DNA of 64,000 bases from Eledone cirrhosa (lineage: Eukaryota). A program made the position numbers and the translations under genes. The notes under the pieces were generated by a model. The model made no database searches. It had not been told where the DNA came from and saw only the letters and a program-made list of their open reading frames with translations. The DNA is taken from the NCBI GenBank assembly GCA_964016885.1, contig OZ024750.1:33666001-33730000 (forward strand), written 5' to 3'. Positions 15,388 through 27,706 of this stretch are shown here, piece by piece (positions within the stretch are counted from its first letter, which is position 1; each line of letters begins with the position of its first letter).

Positions 15388-15575
15388 AGAGAGATATATT
15401 TTAATTTTAATTATATCTCATATAAAATAATACAACTGGCTTTCCACAAAATACATATAGTTAGTACCCCAAACACAAAATTGGGATTATACTAACGTAT
15501 ACCCTAATGTTTGTTGAGTGAGATGGTTACCAGTCAGAGTTTAGCTTAAAGCTTTCTATGTTATTGTATTAAATA
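15388..15575. repeat. ~185-bp dispersed repeat, copy 2
   Basis: Similarity to 3823-4010. Confidence 0.8.
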
Positions 15576-15723
15576 TATATATATATATATATTAATATTT
15601 TCATATATATATATTCATATATAAATATATATATATATATTCATATAAATATTTCGTTTATTTTGTTTGAACTGTTTAGCTTGCCTCGTCTTTTTGGCTT
15701 AGGTGGTTGATGGCTTCTTAACT

Positions 15724-16781
15724 GCCTTTATAATCTATGTTTATTGGCCTTTATAACCTATGTTTATTGGCCTTTATAATCTATGTTTATTGGCCTTTAT
15801 AATCTATGTTTATTGGCCTTTATAACCTATGTTTATTGGCCTTTATAACCTATGTTTATTGGCCTTTATAACCTATGTTTATTGGCCTTTATAACCTATG
15901 TTTATTGGCCTTTATAACCTATGTTTATTGGCCTTTATAACCTATGTTTATTGGCCTTTATAATCTATGTTTATTGGCCTTTATAACCTATGTTTATTGG
16001 CCTTTATAACCTATGTTTATTGGCCTTTATAATCTATGTTTATTGGCCTTTATAACCTATGTTTATTGGCCTATATAACCTATGTTTATTGGCCTTTATA
16101 ATCTATGTTTATTGGCCTTTATAACCTATGTTTATTGGCCTTTATAACCTATGTTTATTGGCCTTTATAATCTATGTTTATTGGCCTTTATAACCTATGT
16201 TTATTGGCCTTTATAATCTATGTTTATTGGCCTTTATAATCTATGTTTATTGGCCTTTATAATCTATGTTTATTGGCCTTTATAACCTATGTTTATTGGC
16301 CTTTATAACCTATGTTTATTGGCCTTTATAATCTATGTTTATTGGCCTTTATAACCTATGTTTATTGGCCTTTATAACCTATGTTTATTGGCCTTTATAA
16401 TCTATGTTTATTGGCCTTTATAACCTATGTTTATTGGCCTTTATAACCTATGTTTATTGGCCTTTATAATCTATGTTTATTGGCCTTTATAACCTATGTT
16501 TATTGGCCTTTATAACCTATGTTTATTGGCCTTTATAACCTATGTTTATTGGCCTTTATAATCTATGTTTATTGGCCTTTATAACCTATGTTTATTGGCC
16601 TTTATAACCTATGTTTATTGGCCTTTATAATCTATGTTTATTGGCCTTTATAACCTATGTTTATTGGCCTTTATAACCTATGTTTATTGGCATTTATAAC
16701 CTATGTTTATTGGCCTTTATAACCTATGTTTATTGGCCTTTATAACCTATGTTTATTGGCCTTTATAACCTATGTTTATTG
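15724..16781. repeat. 23-bp minisatellite GCCTTTATAAYCTATGTTTATTG, about 46 copies
   Basis: Period 23 (15724, 15747, ...); one recurrent C/T variant site. Confidence 0.97.
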
Positions 16782-16896
16782 CTCTGGTCTCTATTTGGTC
16801 CATGGAGCGCTTGCCAGCATAACTCAGATATTGCGTTTCGCTTGCTTTCGACCCTGGCCGAAATATGAATCTCAATGAAATTATATTTGTATATAT

Positions 16897-17182
16897 TCAT
16901 CATCATCATCATTTCATTTTACCTCCGCTTTTTCCCTGCTTGCAAGGGTGGGACGGGAACTGATTCTGGCTTGATTTCTAAAGCTGGATGCCCTTCCTAA
17001 CACCAACCTCATTTACAGTGAGTGCTGGGTGCTTTTGTGCCGTGGCACCTACACAAGCACATTGCAGTGGAATGATAGGGACCCCAGTCCCTATCATCTC
17101 ATTTCTACAGCTGAGTAAACTGGAGCAATGTGAAATAAAGTGTCTTGCTCAAGGAAACAACACATCACCCGGTCTGAGAATT
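16897..17182 (-). mobile_element. CORE-type SINE, 5'-truncated
   Basis: Reverse complement of the 14575 family with (CAT)n tail. Confidence 0.88.
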
Positions 17183-17237
17183 CATATATATATATTCATA
17201 TATATTCATATTTATATATTCATATACATATACACAA

Positions 17238-17336
<99 letters not shown>

Positions 17337-17521
17337 TCTTGATTTTACCAGTTTTAAACTAGTAAGAGTACTCGATACTTGGGATAGAAGAGGGTGACAA
17401 TATCAGAGAGAGTCAGAGCCCGATGGTTGAGCTCTTGCCCATTCAACATCTATGAAATAGCAGGAGCTCAGCCGTGGAGCGCCAATTCACTCTAATAAAT
17501 AAATACATATATATATATATA

Positions 17522-18133
17522 TGTTGAGAAGCCAGAGGGGATCACTTATGTAGGTGGGAAGCTGCTAGAATTGGTTGAGGGCTTTCTGTATTTGGGAGCA
17601 AAGATCGGGAATACGGAAGATGATGTGGTTGAGAGGAAGAGCAAAGCCTGGGCGGTGTGCCACAGCTTGAGATCGGTGTGGAAGTCGGACCTTCGTAAAG
17701 ACCTGAAAATCCGCCTCTTCATTGCTGTAATGGAGTCTGTGCTGCTGTACGGGTCTGAGACTTGGACACTGACCAAGAAACTCACTCACGAGAATGCTGA
17801 GGATGGCTCTGAACATTAATCAGTATACACTGAGGATGAACAACTCAGAGCTGTATGGGAGCCTCCCAAAAGTCAGCTCAAAAGTGACACAGAGGAGAAT
17901 GAGGTTAGCTGGACATGCTCACCGACATCCAGAGTTGACATTGCACTCAGTGCTCCAGTGGGAGCCCCTACATGGACACACTGGAAGAGGAAGACCAAGG
18001 TTAACGTATGTTGATGTCCTAAGGACAGACACTGGTCTGTTGGAGACGCAGGACATGGCAGCAATAATGAAGGACAGAGACCGCTGGAGAGAACTTGGCC
18101 ATGGATCTCGGGAATTTTACCCGCCCTAGATAG

Positions 18134-18135
<2 letters not shown>
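17522..18135 (+). mobile_element. RTE-clade LINE 3' fragment, second family
   Basis: FLYLGAKI, KIRLF-AVMESVLLYGSETWTL, RRMRLAGHAHR, GRGRPRLTY; near-identical 3' end at 34645-34800. Confidence 0.88.
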
Positions 18136-18166
<31 letters not shown>

Positions 18167-18186
18167 TTTATATATATATAAGTATA

Positions 18187-18227
<41 letters not shown>

Positions 18228-18258
18228 AGATCAAAAGATGGTTAAAGGAGTTCCATGT

Positions 18259-18327
18259 ATTTTATTATGCGCATTTCAAAAACAAACATCATCATGCAAT
18301 AATATTTGTGTTTTCATCAGATAAAAC
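18259..18327 (-). ncRNA. Minimal type I hammerhead, mirror copy in left palindrome arm
   Basis: Reverse complement of 18453-18521. Confidence 0.8.
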
Positions 18328-18452
18328 AGGAGAACATGATATGAAGGCTAAAAAACACTTGTGGATAGTGCAGTTTTAAATCAACATATGATATGTTGAT
18401 TTAAAACTGCACTATCCACAAGTGTTTTTTAGCCTTCATATCATGTTCTCCT

Positions 18453-18521
18453 GTTTTATCTGATGAAAACACAAATATTATTGCATGATGATGTTTGTTT
18501 TTGAAATGCGCATAATAAAAT
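18453..18521 (+). ncRNA. Minimal type I hammerhead ribozyme (predicted cut AUA after 18514)
   Basis: GTTTTAT-CTGATGA-AAACACAAATATTAT(tgcatg)ATGATGTTTGTTTTT-GAAA-TGCGCA-TA-ATAAAAT; palindromic stem III/loop. Confidence 0.85.
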
Positions 18522-18801
18522 ACATGGAACTCCTTTAACCATCTTTTGATCTTATATATTATGTATACTCCAGTCCTACAAACTGTAGAGTGCTTCTTAT
18601 CCGATATCTGCATTGCTTTATTGTACTACAATAAAACTCACCTCCTACATATATATATATCTTTAGGTTTGTTGGTTCACCACTGGATAGAACTGGTCAT
18701 TCCGTATGGTCAATCCTGGTGTAATATTGTGAAGAGTACTCAACGCAGTGCAGTTCACCCATCTTCGTTTATGTAGTTGGTGGTGCAAATACGGAGTTAG
18801 T

Positions 18802-18908
18802 TATAAATGAAATAACAGGAGGCTGGACTGGTGTAAATCCTTGAAAGGTTTATTATACCTTTAATAAACCTTTCAAGGATTTACACCAGTCCAGCCTCCT
18901 GTTATTTC

Positions 18909-18915
<7 letters not shown>
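18802..18915. repeat. Perfect hairpin, 54-bp arms and 6-nt loop
   Basis: Arms 18802-18855 and 18862-18915 around TACCTT. Confidence 0.95.
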
Positions 18916-18960
<45 letters not shown>

Positions 18961-19081
18961 ATGTGTATTTATCTGTCTATAGCTGGTGCAGATGGTAAAC
19001 CACAATGAAATTAGTTATTCCATCGATTATATTTCAAATTAGTTACTTCCAGTACAATATTTTCTGATTCTTACATCAAAG

Positions 19082-19530
19082 GTGGTATGTGGCTTAGTGG
19101 TGAAGTTGCTGGACTCATGATTATTGGGTGGTAAGTTCAATTTGCAGACAAAGCAACATCTTGTGTCCTTGGGCAAGACACTTTATTTCACATTGCTACA
19201 GTCCACCTTCTACTCAGCTGGCAAAAATTAGTTGTACCTGTAATTCGAAAGTACCAACCTTGTTACACCCTGTGTAATGCTGAATCTCCCTGAGAATTAC
19301 GTTATGGGAGCACATGTCTGTGGATTACTCGACCATGTCACACTCTGTGCCATGCTGAATCTCCCTGAGAACTGCGTTAAAGCAGCACGTGACTGTGGAA
19401 CACTCAGCCATGTCACACCCTGTGTCATGTTGAATCTCCCTGAGAACCACGTTAAGGAAGCACATGTCTGGGGTATGCACAGTTGATTGAATCAATAAAA
19501 GCAGTCGTCGTCGTCAAAGACGGAGATCCA
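19082..19530 (+). mobile_element. Older CORE-type SINE with internal 75-bp segment in three tandem copies
   Basis: Head and core at 19082-19230; TGTYACACYCTGTG...GAATCTCCCTGAGAA at 19261, 19336 and 19411. Confidence 0.75.
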
Positions 19531-19697
19531 ACAACAACAATAGCTTCACTAATGTTCCATTTATTCTTTTCTCTGACAGTAAAATATTTTTATTTTCTTT
19601 ATTCTCTTAAAATTAGCTTCAGACAAATATTATCCTAGAGTTGTCTCCCTTCTAATACGACGGCCTGATTATTTAAAAATTACTTATTCTATTAACA

Positions 19698-20606
19698 TCT
19701 CTCTCTCTCTATCTATATATCTCCCTCCATCTCTCTTATTCTCTTTCTTATTCTCCTTCTCTTACACTCTCTCTTACCCTCTCCCCTTTCTTTCCCCTTT
19801 TCGCTCTCTCCCTTCATCTCTCTACCTCCTATCTTTTTCCTTCTCTCTTTCTCTTCTCTTTCCTCTCTCCCTCCTCTTTCTCCTCTTTTCTATTTCTTTT
19901 TTTCTTCACTTTCTCTCTCCCCTTTCTTTCTTTTTACTCTCTTCTTTCTCTTCCCTTTCTATCTCCAATCTCTCTCTCTCCTGTCCTGTCCCTCTCTCTC
20001 TCTCCAATCTCTCTCTCTCTCCTTCTCTCTCCAATCTCTCTCTCTCTCTCCTCTCCTTTCTCTCTCCTTTCTCTCTTACTTGTTTTCCCTGGTGGTGGTG
20101 ATGGTGGTGGCGGTGGTGGTATGATGATGAGGGTGGTGGTGGTGGTGGTGTTGGTGATGGTGGTGGTGGTATGATGATAGTGGTGATGGTGGTATGATTG
20201 TGGTGGTGGTGGTGGTGTTGGTGTTGGTGGTGGTATGATGATGGTGGTGATGGTGGTATGGTGGTGGTGGTATGATGATAGTGGTGATGGTGGTATGATT
20301 GTGGTGGTGGTGGTGTTGGTGTTGGTGGTGGTATGATGATGGTAGTGATGGTGGTATGGTGGTGGTGGTATGATGATGATGATGCTGGTGGTGGTGGTAT
20401 GATTGTGTTGTTGTTGGTGGTGGTGGTGGTGGTGGTGGTGGCGGGGGTGGTATGATGGTGGTGGTGGCGGTGGCGGGGGTGGTATGATGTTGTTGGTGGT
20501 GGTGGTATGATGATGGTGGTGGTGGTATGATGATGGTGGTGGTGTTGGTGGTGGGATGGGGGGGGATGATGGTGGTGGTGGTGCTGGTGGTGGTATGATG
20601 ATGATC
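19698..20606. repeat. CT-rich tract followed by degenerate (GGT)/(GAT)n
   Basis: Direct reading. Confidence 0.9.
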
Positions 20607-21771
20607 CCATCTTTATTTAAAATGGTAATATGTGTTTTGAGAAAGATCTATTTGACTGCTACTTCTAGCACATTCAGCAGCCATATAGAGGCTCCCTCTT
20701 TGGTTTGATATAAATCTATATACAGGTGTACCTCACCCTACGTCGTTAATTGGTTCCAAAAGTCAGACTTACCATATATACTTGAATATAAGTCAAGGAA
20801 TATGTGACCAAAAGATTGCCAGTAAAATGGAGTGGAGGAGGTTGGGTTATATAAAGTTTATATAACCCAATAGTTAGATAGTTTATATTATAAACTATCT
20901 AAACAATGTGCTGATTAGCTGCCTCAGCTTATAAGGTTTGGAGTTTTACCCATTTGCCAGTCATAAAATAGGGGTCCGCTTATATTTAGATTGGTTTATA
21001 TTGAAGACATGGTCTCCGGACCTGACTTGGTTCATAATGTGACAACCAGTCTAATACATACAAGCATGGAAAAATAGACATTAACCTTTAACATGCTAGA
21101 AAGTTTTATGAATCGCTTCCCTTGACTCTGCATTATGTATTAAGAGGAGATTACTCTATCGGCGACTAAATTAATGTGCCCTGAACATCTACTTTATCAT
21201 TCATTTGCTCTCATTCTGAGGCAGTTTGTAGTGGCGCCAGTTTGGAATTTTTTAACTCGAGAATTTTATATTCTCCGAGAGAGAAATGCCTTCTGATTAT
21301 AATCTCTTTCTCAATGGAAATCCGCCTGGATTATCTATTCGTTTGGGATTTGAAACTGCGGTAAGGGCATATATAGTAAGTACAGTGAATTTTTTTTTAT
21401 TTATTTTAGAATTTTTTCTGTATTTACATTCCCTTGATTTTATATATATATATATATCAAAAGTGTATATTGAGTTAAAAACTCAAATTAGTCCCTTATA
21501 ATCAAAGTAGCTCAAGCAAAACATTTTGCGAACCTAATAATTGTTTCTACTTTTGGCACAAGGCCAGCAATTACCCAGTGCATTACTGCTACTTTATTTT
21601 ATCGACCCCGTGATGAACACAGATATATACATATATGTGTTCAAACCAGAAGGCACAAAAACCGCCATGGTGAAGCAAATACTGACTAAAGAAAAAGTGG
21701 TTCACAAGACTCAAAAGGATAAATTAAGATTTATCAATATCCAGACAGCTTTGGGTAGAACTGTTTAACAA

Positions 21772-22152
21772 ATCAGTGGAGAGAGTTAGAGATCCTGAGC
21801 TCATCAGTGGAGAGAGTTAGAGATCCTGAGCTCATCAGTGGAGAGAGTTAGAGATCCTGAGCTCATCAGTGGAGAGAGTTAGAGATCCTGAGCTCATCAG
21901 TGGAGAGAGTTAGAGATCCTGAGCTCATCAGTGGAGAGAGTTAGAGATCCTGAGCTCATCAGTGGAGAGAGTTAGAGATCCTGAGCTCATCAGTGGAGAG
22001 AGTTAGAGATCCTGAGCTCATCAGTGGAGAGAGTTAGAGATCCTGAGCTCATCAGTGGAGAGAGTTAGAGATCCTGAGCTCATCAGTGGAGAGAGTTAGA
22101 GATCCTGAGCTCATCAGTGGAGAGAGTTAGAGATCCTGAGCTCATCAGTGGA
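21772..22152. repeat. 31-bp minisatellite ATCAGTGGAGAGAGTTAGAGATCCTGAGCTC, 12 identical copies
   Basis: Period 31 from 21772 to 22144. Confidence 0.97.
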
Positions 22153-22197
22153 TGTTCGGATCAGTAATCTCTCCACTACTAATTTCTTTAGAAGACT

Positions 22198-22582
22198 AAA
22201 TAATTGTTTCTACTTTTGGCACAAGGCCAGCAATTACCCAGTGTATTACTGGTACTTTATTTTATCGACCCCATAAGGATGAAAGGCAAAGTTAACCTCG
22301 GCGGGATTTGAACTCAGAATGGCAAGGGCCGTAATTCTATGCGTCAAACCATGGTGTCCGACCCTCTACGATACTGCCAATCCACCGTATTTAGAAGACT
22401 AAATAATTGTTTCTACTTTAGGCACAAGGCCAGCAATTACCCAGTGCATTACTGGTACTTTATTTTATCGACCCCGTAAGGATGAAAGGCAAAGTCAACC
22501 TCGGCGGGATTTGAACTCAGATCGTAAAGGGACGTAACTATGCTGGAAAGCATGGCGTCCGACCCTCTACCGATACTGCCAA
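22198..22582 (-). mobile_element. Two tandem Meta-type tRNA-derived SINEs
   Basis: Reverse complement of GTTCAAATCCCGCCGAGGTTAACTTTGCCTTTCATCCTTACGGGGTCGATAAAATAAAGTACCAG; TTAGAAGACTAAATAATTG duplicated before each copy. Confidence 0.85.
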
Positions 22583-22715
22583 ATAATGCGTGTTTGTTAA
22601 GAGTGAGAAATCGCACATGATATCGCATGCCTAGCGAGTTAAATAGAGCGTAAGCTACTAAAAAATAGCAGCCATATCTATTCAATATATTAAAAGCTCA
22701 ACAAATATATATAAA

Positions 22716-23105
22716 GGTGCGTGGCTGAGTGGTTAGAGCATTGGGCTTGCAATCGAAAGACTGTGAGTTCAATTCTCGGACCAGGTGATGTGATGTTTCC
22801 TTGAGCAAGACACTTTATTTCACATTGCTCCAGTTTACTCAGCTGTAGAAATGAGATGATAGGACTGGAGTCCCTATCATTCCACTGTAAAAGTGGTCGT
22901 GGAGGTGCCATGGCAAAAAAGCACCCAGCACTCACTGTAAATGAGGTTGGTGTTAGGAAGGGCATCTAGCTGTAGAAATCAAGCCAGAATCAGTTCCCGT
23001 ATGAGCAAGACAAGCTCAGCTGACCGGACACTGCCCACAACAGGACAATCCATCTAACCCATGCTAGCATGGAAGAACGGACGTAAAACGGTGATGATGA
23101 TGATG
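22716..23105 (+). mobile_element. Full-length CORE-type SINE with long RTE-type tail and (GAT)n
   Basis: Tail 22880-23105 closely matches the RTE 3' UTR at 31825-32092. Confidence 0.9.
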
Positions 23106-23133
23106 ATATATATATATAGAGAGAGAGAAAGAG

Positions 23134-23222
23134 AGTGTCCCAAAAAAATGTGTACACACAGCATTCTAATAAATATTGCCTGTACAGGTAATCACAGTGT
23201 GTATACCTTTTTTGGGAGTATA
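23134..23222. mobile_element. Small Tc1/mariner-like MITE
   Basis: TIR-like TCCCAAAAAAATGTGTACACAC and GTGTGTATACCTTTTTTGGGA. Confidence 0.55.
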
Positions 23223-23759
23223 CACATATGTATGTGTGTGTGTGTAACTCAAAAAATGTTGAATGTTGAATTAACCCGCCTATAAACCACTAAATGATTT
23301 TATACATTATAATACATTACATTACTTTTTGCTGTAAATTTTAACATTTATTTAAATGTGATTTTATATGTTTTTATTGGATTATTTTAGTGTTTTTTAT
23401 GGTTTAATATTTTTGACCAACTGATGCAAAGATGAGTCAGTCGACATAACTCAAGGTTTATTTTTGCCATATAATATTAAGTAAGAGTGAAGTAATTTGG
23501 AAAAAGATGAAACTCAGAACAACATAAACTGAAGTAAATCTAAATAATCCCTTTTGATTGTGGGAGCCTAAATATTCTTAGTTCTTCTCCAATTTGGAGA
23601 CAGAGTGTCTGGGTGGTGCCATAAATCATCAAGTGTTGAGATTACACTCAAGAGACATTCCAACTTTCTGTGGAAATACAAGAAATAAGAAATATTGGAG
23701 AACATAAATTCCATAAATAATTTAGGATATATATTCTATATTGGTTCTCTAAAATTACT

Positions 23760-24640
23760 GAATAATGGTTTCTGATTCAGGCAGAAGGCCAACATATTGT
23801 CTGATGCTCTACCGATACTGCCAGTCCACTGCCATTTGTAATGCTTCCTGAATTAGGTCGAAGGCCAACAATTTGAGGGAGGGTAAGTCAATTAAATCAA
23901 CCCCAGTGTATTACTGGTACTTTATTTTATCGACTTCATAAGGTTAAAAAATAAAGCTAACTTTGGCAGGATTTGAACTCAGAATGTAAAAGGCTGTAAC
24001 TCTAAACTCTAAGCATGTTGTCCAACACTCTACCAATACTGCCAAGCCAATGCCATTAATAATGGTTTCTGAATTAGACAGAAGGCCAACAAATTTGGGG
24101 AAGGGAAAGTTGATTAAATCAACACTGGTATTATGTTATCATTACTGGTACTTCATGTTATCAACCTTGTAAGAATTGTTTCTACTTTTGGCACAAGGCC
24201 AGCAATTACCCAGTGCATTACTGGTACTTTATTTTATCGACCCCGTAAGGATGAAAGGCAAAGTCAACCTCGGCGGGATTTGAACTCAGATCGTAAAGGA
24301 ACGTGACTATGCATGAAAGGCAAAGTTAACCTTGGCTGGATTTGAAAGTTAACTGATAATAATAATTGTTTCTACTTTTTGGCACAAGGCCAGCTATTAG
24401 CCAGTGTATTACTGGTACTTTATTTTATCGACCCCATAAGGATGGAAGGCAAAGTTAACCTCAGCGGGATTTGAACTCAGGCCGTAAAGGGACGTAACTC
24501 TATGCTTCAAAGCATGGTGTCCGACTCTCTACCGATACTGCCAATCCACCGTAGGCACAAGGTCAACAAATTTTAGAGGAGAGGAAAGTTGATTACATCA
24601 ATCCTAGTATATTACTGGTACTTTATTTTATCGACCACTG
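23760..24640 (-). mobile_element. Cluster of at least five Meta-type SINE copies or fragments, all on the minus strand
   Basis: Repeated ATTACTGGTACTTTATTTTATCGAC...GATTTGAACTCAG. Confidence 0.85.
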
Positions 24641-26182
24641 TAAGTAACAGAAATAACATTTTTTTTTATTTCTCTCTCTCCCTCCCTCTCTCTCTCCATC
24701 TCTTACTCTCTCTCCCTCCTCTCTCTCTCTGATCTAAAATAAAATCTTTCAACATAATTTGATATAAGAAAATGTTGTTAAGTTATGTTCCAAATACTAT
24801 CTTAATAATGAAATAATTCATGATTTTAGTAAATCCTCCAAATTCTTCATTAGTACATCATCATCATCGTCATCACATTTTAATGCCTATTTTCCATGTT
24901 TGCATGAGTTAGACAGATTGTCATGTTATGAGACAAGTCAGATCAAATGATCATGTCTTGCTCATACAGAACTGTTTCTAGTTTTGTTTCTATGACTAGG
25001 TGTCCTTCCTAACACCAACCACAGTACCGCATGAATTGGGCGCTTTTAATTGTGGCACTGAAATGACCATCTGATAAGGTGGATTGGGTGCTTTTTTATC
25101 ATGGTACCAGTACGACCACCTTACAGGGTAGACTGGCTATTTTTGTCATGTCACCAGCCTAACCATTTAACATGGATAGTTTTGTCATGCCACTACCATG
25201 ATCATCTTACAGGGTGGACTGGGTGCTTTTTATCGTGTCATCAGCATGATTATCTTACAGTATGGACTGGGTGTTTTTGTTGTGTCACCAGCACAACCCA
25301 CCTTATAGCTTTACATTACATTTCATTTGAAATATAGTAAGATAAGCTAGACAGACTTTCAAGGCAAAGTTTGCAACAAAAGTTTATAACGACAATCCTG
25401 TATTGATAAGAATGTATCAACCCTAACCCTAACTGATACAGATCAGGGTGTAGGAACCTTAAATGAAACATCACCAACCCACATTTACATTAATAGGAAA
25501 GTTATTTTAATTTAAACAGTTAACATGACCTCACATGATGTAATTATTTAATTTAAAGCAACTAAGATACAGTCAGTTTTTTTCCTCTTGTTTTTTTAAT
25601 AAACAATATTTTTAGATAATTATAACCTCATACTTGTCTAATTAATATAGATAATTAACAATTTTCTTGTGCAATATTTAACATCAACAAAAAAGGAAGT
25701 AGTTATAAGCATCTAAAATTGAAATAATAATATGATAAAAAGAAAACAAAAATATATATAGAAAGCAACCTCTAAAACTAGCTAAAGAGAGAAAAATAAC
25801 ATTGATTTCTTCATACTTAAAGTACTTTTAAAGAGAAGAAAGCCAGAAATTACTAATAGAATTGATTTCTTCATACTTAAAGTACTTTTAAAGTGAAGAA
25901 AGCCAGGAATTGCTGACTGCTAGAGTCATCAATCTCTTACAACAAGTATTTCTGTATTGGATAATGGAAGCAACAAGATGTTAATATCTGGGAAGTGGTT
26001 GGTGTTAGGAAGGGCATCCAGCTAAAGAAACCAAGCCAAGTTACAGATCAGTATGAACATGACATGGTCTAACCCATGCAAGTATGGAGAAAGAAGACCC
26101 TCTTCCTGCTATTTTAAGCGTTAACCTAATATATCCCTTCCATATATTGTACTGATTGTGTTGTTATTTCTGTTTACCTTTT

Positions 26183-26215
<33 letters not shown>

Positions 26216-26971
26216 ATATATTTTGTGAAGGCGTGTAGCTGAGTGGTTAGAGAATTGGATTCACAATCATGAGGTTGTGAGTTTGGTTCACAGACCAGCC
26301 GATGCATTATGTCCTTGAGCAAGACACTTTATTTCACATTGCTCCTTCTGCTTGGATTTGCAACCGACAGATAGTATTAGCAACTGGAAAGACCAATGGA
26401 AACATTGTTTCCTTGGTCCAATTTGATGAGGTCTGGGATCTTGTTGCTCGACTATCAATATATATGTGTGTGTGTGTGTGAGAATGTGTGATGGTGTATA
26501 TGAGTGCATGTATGCATGTATGTGTGTATATGTCTCTGTACGTATGTGTGTGTAAGTAAGTGTGTGTCTCTATTGCATGTGTGAGTGTGTGTGTGTATAT
26601 ATATATGTATATATATATGCATGTATATAAATGGGTGTGTGTATGTGTGTGGTAGAGACACTGCTCCTATGTATAAACTAAACTCTCATCTATCACCTTC
26701 ACCTTGAGAATGTCTTTCTGACATTCACTCATAAACATTGCCATATAATTCATTTAAGTCATTAATTCCACCTCAGATTAGTTAATTAGGTAATTAGGTA
26801 ATTATACTTATCTGTTAATTCAGAATCTATTTCCACATGTTAGTAAATTTAAAATAGTTTCTTTAGTATGTCTTCTTGAAATCTTAAAATATCTTAAAGT
26901 CTTTTCAGAATATGTTGGGAATCAAAAATAATCATATATTTCAATAAAATGTTTACAAATAAAAACTCTTA

Positions 26972-27004
<33 letters not shown>

Positions 27005-27088
27005 GTATATATATACATATGTATATATATACATATATATATGTATATATATACATATATATATGTATATATATATACATATATATAT

Positions 27089-27226
27089 AGTAATAATAAT
27101 AAATTTGAAGACTAAAATCCAAAGAGGGCTCGATAAGGATAAATATATATCAAATATAGTTTCGGAAGATCCCGTTAAGGGTGAAAGCAGCGATTCTTTG
27201 CTTAAACTTTAATCTGTTATTTTAAT
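27089..27226. repeat. ~135-bp dispersed repeat (also 34549-34618 and 49333-49456)
   Basis: AGTAATAATAATAAATTTGAAGACTAAAATCCAAAGAGGGCT...; (TA)n-flanked. Confidence 0.85.
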
Positions 27227-27234
27227 AAATATAT

Positions 27235-27333
<99 letters not shown>

Positions 27334-27472
27334 AATATATATATATATACACATAAATATATATATATATACACATAAATATATATATATATACACATAA
27401 ATATATATATATATATATACACATAAATATATATATATATATACACATAAATATATATATATATATATACAC

Positions 27473-27514
<42 letters not shown>

Positions 27515-27590
27515 CGAGGGAAAAGTGGTAAGGAACCAGGTGGACCATAACGCACCAAAGTACTCAATACTTAGGGTAGTAGAGTGGGTA

Positions 27591-27706
27591 ATAGGAGTAA
27601 GTAAGACCCCGACGGCTGAGCTCAAGCCGTTTCGACGGCTAATTCAGTACAGAATTAGCCGTCGAAATGGCTTGAGCTCAGCCGTCGGGGTCTTACTTAC
27701 TCCTAT
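27591..27706. repeat. Near-perfect hairpin, 55-bp arms and 6-nt loop
   Basis: Arms 27591-27645 and 27652-27706, one mismatch. Confidence 0.95.

Larger units (their letters stand above)
18218..18562. repeat. Perfect palindrome, ~172-bp arms, centre 18390
   Basis: Arms are reverse complements around TCAACATAT-G-ATATGTTGA. Confidence 0.95.

Noticed and set aside
15724-16781. CRISPR-like periodicity, also at 21772-22152
   Set aside because: No unique spacers, no cas genes, eukaryotic context
20720-21005. Possible pogo/Tigger-like termini and two short palindromes at 20841-20903
   Set aside because: No matching second TIR identified; too decayed to call
27160-27195. C(G/A)GAAGA-TCCC-gttaa-GGGT-GAAA, also at about 49392
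   Set aside because: U4 missing in both copies and no convincing stem I or UH
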